Shown here: piece after piece, positions 25,609 to 32,000 of the stretch
How the letters are laid out: each line of letters opens with the position of its first letter
Position numbering within the stretch: the first letter of the stretch is position 1
Origin: Edaphobacter aggregans
GTDB lineage: Bacteria > Acidobacteriota > Terriglobia > Terriglobales > Acidobacteriaceae
DNA: 32,000 nucleotides
Reading direction: 5' to 3'
Assembly: GCF_003945235.1 (NCBI RefSeq)
Contig: NZ_RSDW01000001.1
Coordinates: forward strand, 1,050,001-1,082,000
Made by a program: the position numbers and the translations under genes
Notes under the pieces: model-generated
What the model was told of the DNA's origin: nothing
Databases searched by the model: none
What the model saw: the letters and a program-made list of their open reading frames with translations, nothing else

Positions 25609-25760
25609 TATTAACTCCTCTGACGGCTTAGTTCATGGATCATGAAGCCGCCATGATCGCATGTAGTTTTGGTGTCCGTGCATCCTGCGAGGTTGCCTTC
25701 AGACCGCGCCGATGCTGTTGCACTGTCCTGCACTGTATTCTGTCGTCTGGAGTTCGATCA

Positions 25761-27845
25761 ATGACCAACAGTGTTATAGCGCCGCCCATCGCCCGCAAAG
25801 AACCCTCCTCGACAACGCTGCATGGGCAGACCCTTGAGGATAACTACGGCTGGATGAGGGACAAAAGCTCCCCCGAGGTCCTCGCCTACCTCACTGCGGA
25901 GAACGATTACACCACCGCCGAAATGAAGCCGACCGAAGAACTGCAGGCCAAACTCTACGCCGAGATGCTCTCACACATCAAGGAGACCGACGTCTCGGTC
26001 CCCTACCGCGATCACGGCTGGTACTACTACACCCGCACCGTCGAGGGCAGCCAATACCCCATCCACTGCCGCAAGCTCGCCCTATCCCCCCACTACGACG
26101 ACTCCCAACCCGAACAAGTAATTCTGGACGTGAACAAGCTCGCGGAAGGTCAGCCGTTCATGTCGATCGGCGGAATGAGTATGAGCCCGGACGGCCACAA
26201 ACTCGCCTACTCTACCGACAACACCGGCTTCCGGCAATACACGCTGCATATCCGCGATCTCGAGACCGGCGTCGATCTGGCCGATACAGCCGAACGCGTA
26301 GGCTCTCTGGTCTGGGCAGCCGACTCGCACACGCTCTTCTACACCACGGAAGACGAGGTGACCAAACGCCAGGACCATCTCTTCCGGCACCGACTCGGTG
26401 ACCCAGTCGAGGAGGACGCCCTAATCTACGAGGAAACAGACGAGCGCTTCAACCTGGGAGTCGGCCAGACCCGCGACGGCAAATACCTCCTGATGGAGGC
26501 AGGCAGCCACACCACCAACGAATGCAGCTACCTCCCCGCCGACACCCCCGGCGGAGTCTTCCTGGTGATCGCCCCCCGTCAGGACGAACAGGAATATTAC
26601 GTCGACCACCGGCACGGCTTGTTCTACATCCGAACCAACGACACGGGAAAAAACTTCCGTGTCGTGACGATTCCGGTCGATGGCGGAGGCCGCGAGGCCT
26701 GGAGCGAGCTCATCCCGGAAGACAAGGATGTGCCACTTGAAGATTTCGATTTATTCGATTCATTTTGCGTTAGTTCTACGAGAGAGCTTGGCCTCACCTC
26801 GCTGGAGGTGACGCAGTTCAAGGAGGAAGGAACATTAGGGGAGACAAGGAAGATCAGCTTTCCAGAGCCTACATATACCGCTCAGAGTCATGTAAACCGT
26901 GAATTCATAACGGACAAGTTTCGATACAGCTATCAATCGCTCGTCTCTCCAGCCTCAGTCTACGACTATGACGTAAAAGCGGGCACGTCCGAGTTGCTGA
27001 AGCAGCAGGAGGTGCCGGGTGGGTTCGATTCGTCGAGATACGCATCTGAGCGAGTGTGGACGACGGCAGTGGACGGGGTGAAGATTCCTGTATCCGTTGT
27101 CTACCGACGCGACTTCTTCCAGAAGGACTCGACTAGTCCGCTGTATGTGTACGGATATGGGTCGTATGGGTATCCGCTGCCCGTTGGGTTCAGCCCGGCG
27201 CGGTTGTCGCTACTAGATCGCGGGGTTGTGTTGGCTTATGCCCACATACGTGGTGGCGGCGAGATGGGCGATGTGTGGCACGATGCTGGCAAGATGATGG
27301 TAAAGCGCAACACCTTCTCCGACTTCATCGCCGTCACGGAGCACTTGGTCGCCGAAGGATACGGAGCGAAGAATCGGGTTGCGATTGAGGGTGGCAGCGC
27401 CGGCGGACTGCTCATGGGTGCGGTGGTAAACGAACGTCCGGACTTGTTCCGGGTGGTGCTGTCACATGTACCGTTCGTGGACGTGATGAATACGATGCTG
27501 GACGCTTCCCTTCCCCTGACTGTGGCCGAGTACGAAGAGTGGGGGAATCCAAATGAGCTTCCCGCGTTTGAGTACATGCTGTCTTACTCTCCTTACGACA
27601 ATCTGAAGCCAGGAGCTTATCCAGCGATGCTGGTAAAGACGAGTTTGAACGACTCGCAGGTGATGTACTGGGAGCCAGCAAAGTATGTCGCAAAGCTAAG
27701 GACACTGAAGACGAATGATGCGCCTTTACTCCTTCACATCAATATGGATGCGGGGCACGGCGGAGCCTCCGGGCGGTATGACTACCTGAAGGAAATTGCT
27801 TTTGACTATGCGTTTTTGCTGACACAGTTGGGGGTGGAGGGGTAG
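25761..27845 (+). CDS. ptrB: S9A serine peptidase, oligopeptidase B (protease II)-like
   Basis: N-terminal PPIARKEP...LHGQTLEDNYGWMRDK. A beta-propeller region is followed by the catalytic GGSAGGLLMG (Ser), ...DSQV (Asp) and MDAGHGG (His). The ATG at 25761 fits the family N-terminus. Confidence 0.85.
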   Translation: MTNSVIAPPIARKEPSSTTLHGQTLEDNYGWMRDKSSPEVLAYLTAENDYTTAEMKPTEELQAKLYAEMLSHIKETDVSVPYRDHGWYYYTRTVEGSQYPIHCRKLALSPHYDDSQPEQVILDVNKLAEGQPFMSIGGMSMSPDGHKLAYSTDNTGFRQYTLHIRDLETGVDLADTAERVGSLVWAADSHTLFYTTEDEVTKRQDHLFRHRLGDPVEEDALIYEETDERFNLGVGQTRDGKYLLMEAGSHTTNECSYLPADTPGGVFLVIAPRQDEQEYYVDHRHGLFYIRTNDTGKNFRVVTIPVDGGGREAWSELIPEDKDVPLEDFDLFDSFCVSSTRELGLTSLEVTQFKEEGTLGETRKISFPEPTYTAQSHVNREFITDKFRYSYQSLVSPASVYDYDVKAGTSELLKQQEVPGGFDSSRYASERVWTTAVDGVKIPVSVVYRRDFFQKDSTSPLYVYGYGSYGYPLPVGFSPARLSLLDRGVVLAYAHIRGGGEMGDVWHDAGKMMVKRNTFSDFIAVTEHLVAEGYGAKNRVAIEGGSAGGLLMGAVVNERPDLFRVVLSHVPFVDVMNTMLDASLPLTVAEYEEWGNPNELPAFEYMLSYSPYDNLKPGAYPAMLVKTSLNDSQVMYWEPAKYVAKLRTLKTNDAPLLLHINMDAGHGGASGRYDYLKEIAFDYAFLLTQLGVEG

Positions 27846-27851
27846 CCTCCA

Positions 27852-29843
27852 TCAGGCCTTGGCGGTGACATCGTCTTCGATGAGCTTGTCGCCTTCCCCG
27901 GGGGCCAGGAAGAGGTTGGTTTCCAGGCCGTGCTGGCGGGTGTAGAGGTCGTAGTAGCGGCCGTGGAGTTCGTAGAGGGACTCGTGGGTGCCACGTTCGA
28001 CGATTTCTCCCTGCTCGACGACGAGGATCTGATCGGCTCGGCGAATGGTGGAGAGGCGGTGGGCGATGACGAAGGTGGTGCGGCCCTGCATGAGGTAGCT
28101 CAGACCGTTCTGGATCATGGCCTCGGACTCGGAGTCGAGGGAGCTGGTGGCCTCGTCGAGGATGAGGATGCGTGGGTCGGCCAGAATGGCCCGGGCGATG
28201 GAGATGCGCTGGCGCTGGCCGCCGGATAGCTTGACGCCGCGTTCGCCTACGATGGTTTCGTACTGCTCAGGAAAGCGCTCGGCAAACTCGTCTACGCGGG
28301 CGATACGGCAGGCTTCCATTAGCTGCTCTTCGGTGGCGTTGGGGCGGGAGAAGAGGATGTTCTCGCGGATAGTGCCGTCGAAGAGGAAGGTCTCCTGCAG
28401 GACCACGCCCAGCTGTTCGCGGTAGCTGGAGAGGCGTATGGTTGCAAGGTCGAGGCCGTCGACCAGGACCTTGCCGCTGGTGGCGGTGTGGAAGGCGCAG
28501 ATCAACGAAATAATTGTGGATTTGCCTGAGCCGGAGGAGCCTACGAGGGCGGTGACGGTGCCGGGGGTGGACTGGAAGCTGATGCCATGGAGGACGGGCT
28601 TGTCGGTCTCGTAGGCAAAGGTGACGTTCTGGAAGGCTACATCACCGTGGATGGGGCCTAGGACCTCGGTGCGGGCGGGCTCGTTGTCCTCGGCTCGCTC
28701 GGAGAGGATCTCGTTGGTGCGGTCGAGTCCGGCGACGGCTTCGGTGAGCTGGGTGCCGATGGCGACCAACTGCGCTATCGGGGCGATCATGAAGGCTAGG
28801 AACATGACGTAGGTGACGTAGCCGCCGGTGGTGAGGTGGCCAGCTACGACCTGGTGTGCGCCGAGGTACATGATCAGCGCGCCGACGATGCCGAGGACTG
28901 CGGTGGAGGCCAGCGACATCAGGGATTGCGCGGTGAGGGATGAGATGACGTTCTGGAGGAGGCGATTGGCTCCTGCGGCGAAGACGTTGGCCTCGTTCTC
29001 TTCGGCGTGGTAGCCCTTGACGACGCGGACTCCGCCGAGCGACTCGGTGAGACGTCCTGTGACCTCGGAGTTGATCTTGGCGCGTTCGCGGAAGATCGGA
29101 CGGATGGTCTTGAAGGCCTTCTGGAGGATGAGTCCGAAGATGACGAGGATGACGAAGGTGACGAGCGTCATCTGTACGCTGAGCTTGATGAGGTAGCCGA
29201 AAGCGAAGAGTGCTGTGAGCAGGCCGCCGAAGAAATCGATGACGCCGGTGCCGATGAGGTTACGGACGCCTTCGACGTCGGTCATGATGCGGGCGACGAG
29301 GGTGCCGGTACGGTTCTCGTCGTAGAAGGCTACGGGGAGGCGGCCGATGTGGGCCTGGACCTTCATGCGCAGCTCGGCGATGAGGCGTTGACCCTCTTTT
29401 GACAGGATCTGCGTAAGAGTGAAGGACGTGATGCCCTGGACGAGAGTGGCTACGGCGACGGTGCCGACGATCCAGGGCAGGACGTAGAGCTGGTGCTTCC
29501 CCATGACGTTGTCGATGAGGTAGCGGGTGGAGGCCGGCAGGACGAGTCCGCTGGCGCGGTTGATGATCATCAACAGGAAGCTGCCGCCGAGGAGCAGGCG
29601 GCGGGGTTTGACTAGCTTCCAGACCTCGGGGAGGACTTTCTTCAACTGGGGCTTGGGCCGGGATTTGGTGAGATCGGATGCGATTGCGCGGCCGGTGCCA
29701 CGGGAGGGCCGGTCGGCAGCCTTCATACCGTGGCCAAAACTGGACTGTCCTAGGGGAGAAGCCATAGTTCGAGTGTACGCCTGTGGCTTCTTCCAGTCGC
29801 GGGTGGCGCGGGTGTCATCGCAGAGGATACAAGGCTCGTCCAT
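27852..29843 (-). CDS. ABC exporter, fused permease/ATPase (MsbA/multidrug-type)
   Basis: Six TM helices, then Walker A GSSGSGKST, signature LSGGQRQR, Walker B ILILDEATS and an H-loop (AHRL). The ATG at 29843 lies 5 nt after GAGGGG. An alternative internal start is at 29765. Confidence 0.9.
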   Translation of the reverse strand: MDEPCILCDDTRATRDWKKPQAYTRTMASPLGQSSFGHGMKAADRPSRGTGRAIASDLTKSRPKPQLKKVLPEVWKLVKPRRLLLGGSFLLMIINRASGLVLPASTRYLIDNVMGKHQLYVLPWIVGTVAVATLVQGITSFTLTQILSKEGQRLIAELRMKVQAHIGRLPVAFYDENRTGTLVARIMTDVEGVRNLIGTGVIDFFGGLLTALFAFGYLIKLSVQMTLVTFVILVIFGLILQKAFKTIRPIFRERAKINSEVTGRLTESLGGVRVVKGYHAEENEANVFAAGANRLLQNVISSLTAQSLMSLASTAVLGIVGALIMYLGAHQVVAGHLTTGGYVTYVMFLAFMIAPIAQLVAIGTQLTEAVAGLDRTNEILSERAEDNEPARTEVLGPIHGDVAFQNVTFAYETDKPVLHGISFQSTPGTVTALVGSSGSGKSTIISLICAFHTATSGKVLVDGLDLATIRLSSYREQLGVVLQETFLFDGTIRENILFSRPNATEEQLMEACRIARVDEFAERFPEQYETIVGERGVKLSGGQRQRISIARAILADPRILILDEATSSLDSESEAMIQNGLSYLMQGRTTFVIAHRLSTIRRADQILVVEQGEIVERGTHESLYELHGRYYDLYTRQHGLETNLFLAPGEGDKLIEDDVTAKA

Positions 29844-29862
29844 AGCAGCCCCTCTTCCAATC

Positions 29863-30240
29863 TCAACTGGTTCTTAGACGTCGGGCGTTGATGAAAGACC
29901 GGACGCAGGCGAGGACGTAGAGGAGGCAGAGGAGCGAGAGCGCTCCCTTTTCAAGGATGGAAACCGGGTGAGGGAGAGCGTCTCCACGGGCGAGTCGGAT
30001 GGTCTGGATATCGGCGGGGATGGTGCCGAGGAAGACGAGGAGAGCGACTGTGACCGAGATGTGCATCCAGAGCATGCGCTTCTTTGAGTCCTCCGTGTTG
30101 GCCATAACGCCGAAGAAGACGAAGAAGGCGCCAATGACGCACGGGATAAGCGCGGTAGGGTGGGCGCTGCCGGTGTAGACGAAACCGGCGATGCCGAGAA
30201 GGGCGAGAAGGACGCCGAAGCCGATGGTGAGTTTTGCCAT
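29863..30240 (-). CDS. small 4-TM membrane protein (unknown family)
   Basis: 125 aa with four clear hydrophobic helices. AAGGAG lies 10 nt upstream of the ATG at 30240. Its coding frame gives a sensible protein, whereas the overlapping frame gives Arg/Pro/His junk. Confidence 0.65.
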   Translation of the reverse strand: MAKLTIGFGVLLALLGIAGFVYTGSAHPTALIPCVIGAFFVFFGVMANTEDSKKRMLWMHISVTVALLVFLGTIPADIQTIRLARGDALPHPVSILEKGALSLLCLLYVLACVRSFINARRLRTS

Positions 30241-30931
30241 GATGCAGTGACTCCTTTGGGTGAAGGATCAGGATACTTGATGATGGGGTCGACCGCGGAT
30301 CAGTGCGGATAGGCGTGGATGGGAGGCGAAAAGGCTTAACAGCGATTTTCACCGATGACACCGATGGGGTTGGTGGGTTTTCTGCGGTGGCTTGTAGGGT
30401 GGGGAGGATTTGGGGTTTGGGTTGTGGTTTGGGTTCTTGGGTGGGTTGGTCCTGGGCGAACTGGTCGAGGAGTTGGCGCATGATGCTCTTGGGGCGGCCA
30501 GCGGCGGTGTCCTGGTCGTACTCGGATAGAGGGGCGAGGAGGCCTTGTTCGGGGTCGGTGGTGATGTCTTCGATGGGGGTGGCTTGGGTTGCGTAAGGGT
30601 CTTGGCTTTTGCGGGCGGGTTTGGGGTCGCGGGGCAGGTTGGTGCTGGCGATCTGCAGGCCGTAGAGGAGGAGGCCGGCGCGGCGGGGGTCGATTTCGTT
30701 GCGGGCGATGCGGCGGAGGACTTCGCCGATGGAGAGTTGGATGGCGGCGCGGTCTTCGGGCATGGGGAGGTCGAAGAGGGCGGTGCGGGCGGGGCGTTGG
30801 CGTGGATCCTGGACCGGGCGGCGGGTGGTGTGGTGGTAGTAGCAGAAGTCTTCTCCGCGCAGGCATGGGCTGCCGCAGCGGTGGCCGTCGGTGAAGATGT
30901 GGCGGCATTGGTAGCGTTTTGGTTCGGTCAT
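29951..30931 (-). CDS. Cys/His-rich (putative zinc-ribbon) protein; 3' end abnormal, with no stop before the next gene
   Basis: The ATG at 30931 follows GGGGGGAG. The N-terminal motif is C-x9-C-x3-C-x6-C-x2-HH (30830-30907), followed by a helical segment (AIQLSIGEVLRRIARNEIDPRRAGLLLYGLQIA) and a Pro/Gln-rich tail. The frame then runs through the RBS and first 290 nt of the 4-TM gene. Either the gene is frameshifted or the true C-terminus lies near 30250-30400. Confidence 0.5.
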   Translation of the reverse strand: MTEPKRYQCRHIFTDGHRCGSPCLRGEDFCYYHHTTRRPVQDPRQRPARTALFDLPMPEDRAAIQLSIGEVLRRIARNEIDPRRAGLLLYGLQIASTNLPRDPKPARKSQDPYATQATPIEDITTDPEQGLLAPLSEYDQDTAAGRPKSIMRQLLDQFAQDQPTQEPKPQPKPQILPTLQATAENPPTPSVSSVKIAVKPFRLPSTPIRTDPRSTPSSSILILHPKESLHHGKTHHRLRRPSRPSRHRRFRLHRQRPPYRAYPVRHWRLLRLLRRYGQHGGLKEAHALDAHLGHSRSPRLPRHHPRRYPDHPTRPWRRSPSPGFHP

Positions 30932-31289
30932 GATGGGTACTCCCCCCTGGTGGACGTAAGGCCTCAAAGTCTTCTAACGAAATGGTTTAGGTCTGGACTT
31001 CTGGTCTGTGGGTTAAATGCGAAGAGCCCCCGGCTTTCGCCTGAGGGCTCTTTTTGTGTCTAGTTCTATTTTAGCGGGTGGAGGGGAATGATTAGGCACG
31101 GGGATGTGCTTTTAAATGTGCGAGATAAGTGGGTTGGGGGCTTGACAAGGTTTTGGGCGGGGACAGGAAGGCATACCCCAGGGGCTGAAGCCTTGGGGTA
31201 CCTCGATGCAACGGCAACTACAAATGCAACGGCAGATCCCCACGGGGATGACAAATAAGAAAGGCCACAGCAACAACAGCGACAAACAG
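30920..31289 (-). repeat. non-coding structured module, copy B (promoter/leader of the Cys/His-rich gene)
   Basis: Inverted counterpart of 24530-24928. Read on the minus strand it holds a -10-like TAAAAT (31073-31068), an A-run plus hairpin (31023-31051) and about 90 nt of leader, then RBS GGGGGGAG and ATG ACC GAA CCA (30931-30920). Confidence 0.8.
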
Positions 31290-31299
31290 TAACGGCGGG

Positions 31300-31998
31300 T
31301 TAGCTGGCGGCTAGTTTTTTGATTTGGGCTACGAGGTCGGCGGGTTGCCAGTCGTTGGTGGGGTACCAGGCGGCTACTTTGCCGTCTTTGCCGATGATGA
31401 TGGTGGAGAGGGAGTGGGTGAGGGATTTGGCGTCACCGGGGGTGATGCCTACATTGAAGAACTGGGTGACGGCGGGGAGGTCTTTTTCGGACGGGGCGGC
31501 GAAGTCCCAGTGCTTGAAGGTCTCGGTGGTGTAGTTGCCGGTGTAGGCTCCGCCGTAGCTGCGGAGGACTTTTGGGGTGTCGTAGGTGGGGTCGAAGGAG
31601 ATGCTGAGGAGGTGGGTTTTGGCGTAGAGGTCGGGGTCGGCCTGGAGGGCTTTGTCGATCTCGGCGAAGTTGCGGGACATGCGGGGGCAGTAATCGGCTA
31701 GTGGGCAGCGGGTGTAGACGAAGGTGGCGACGAGAACTTTGCCTTTGAACTGCGAGAGGTGGAGGGTGCGGTCGCTTTGGTTGAGGAGGGCGAAGTTGGG
31801 GACGGCGTCTCCGGCTTGAGGGACGTGGTACTGGACGGCGGGCTTGTAGTCGGGACGGCCCTGGGCTATGACGACGATGTTGTCGAGGAGGACGTCGCGG
31901 AATTCGGCACCGTCGGCGGTGGCGAGGATGGTGGCGGTGATGAGGTCGCCGGGGTGGAGCTCGCTGACGACGGAAGGGTCTTTGAGCTTGTAGGGCAT
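31300..31998 (-). CDS. SCO1/SenC-family thioredoxin-fold copper chaperone (5' end probably outside the window)
   Basis: Block KGKVLVATFVYTRCPLADYCPRMSRNF (CxxxC-type metal site), a downstream SFDP..DTP, and HS..T.IIGKDGKV. The frame is open to the window edge, and the first listed Met has no visible signal peptide. Confidence 0.8.
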   Translation of the reverse strand: MPYKLKDPSVVSELHPGDLITATILATADGAEFRDVLLDNIVVIAQGRPDYKPAVQYHVPQAGDAVPNFALLNQSDRTLHLSQFKGKVLVATFVYTRCPLADYCPRMSRNFAEIDKALQADPDLYAKTHLLSISFDPTYDTPKVLRSYGGAYTGNYTTETFKHWDFAAPSEKDLPAVTQFFNVGITPGDAKSLTHSLSTIIIGKDGKVAAWYPTNDWQPADLVAQIKKLAAS

Positions 31999-32000
31999 GG

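Noticed and set aside
30336-31063. Long ORFs in alternative frames or on the opposite strand (30336..30908 minus, 30545..31063 plus, 30589..30894 plus)
   Set aside because: Their Pro/Arg/Gly-rich low-complexity translations are typical of off-frame reading of GC-rich coding DNA. The same applies to most other antisense ORFs in the track, for example 3018..3518, 3547..4203, 18628..19161 and 29007..29402.
31066-31254. 62-aa minus-strand ORF inside repeat copy B
   Set aside because: The homologous stretch in copy A is interrupted by stops and by indels that are not multiples of three. The conservation is therefore at the nucleotide or structure level, not coding.
24530-31289. Inverted repeat copies as ends of a composite transposon or an invertible switch
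   Set aside because: I see no transposase, recombinase or invertase gene, no terminal inverted repeats at the module ends, and no target-site duplication. The enclosed genes are ordinary housekeeping-type genes. Recombination between the copies is possible but unsupported.
1-32000. tRNA, rRNA, CRISPR arrays, transposases, integrases, toxin-antitoxin or known defence genes
   Set aside because: I scanned for T-loop-like GGTTCGAATCC motifs, regularly spaced direct repeats and recognisable mobile-element or defence protein motifs and found none. This was an eyeball scan only, so tRNAscan-SE, Infernal/Rfam and defence-system HMMs should confirm it.

Overview
This 32-kb window looks chromosomal. 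Gene content suggests an Acidobacteria-like diderm soil bacterium, but that is inference only. I support about 31 protein-coding genes, 2 decayed genes, 3 related promoter/operator sites, several hairpins and one two-copy non-coding repeat. I recognised no tRNA, rRNA, CRISPR array, transposase or phage gene by eye.

Gene order from left to right:
- TPR protein (3' part), then a LytS/LytTR two-component pair and an alpha/beta hydrolase.
- CgeB-like glycosyltransferase, Tat-exported beta-carbonic anhydrase and HdeD-like membrane protein.
- Three secreted proteins: a glycine-zipper protein, a helical protein and a VWA protein.
- A sensor kinase with a periplasmic ABC-substrate-binding-like domain, next to a degraded NarL-type regulator.
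- A DUF481-like outer-membrane barrel, then an intact FixJ-type regulator and a stand-alone receiver.
- A sortase translationally coupled to one LPKTG-tailed secreted protein.
- An amidohydrolase remnant, an MFS transporter, a soluble PRC/MgtE-N/CBS protein and an M13 peptidase.
- An RsbW/RsbV-like pair, TPM and LemA, DUF4142, oligopeptidase B and an ABC exporter.
- A small 4-TM protein, a Cys/His-rich protein with no proper stop, and a SCO-family protein.

Most interesting observations:
1. A sortase and LPKTG-substrate pair sits in a diderm context.
2. An exact 22-nt palindromic operator fused to a sigma70-like promoter precedes both the sortase operon and the VWA cluster. A half-site version precedes the regulator operon. 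This suggests a small regulon run by the adjacent two-component proteins.
3. A structured non-coding module of at least 340 bp occurs twice in inverted orientation. One copy forms the promoter and leader of the Cys/His-rich gene. The other is an orphan that keeps a relic of that gene's first codons.
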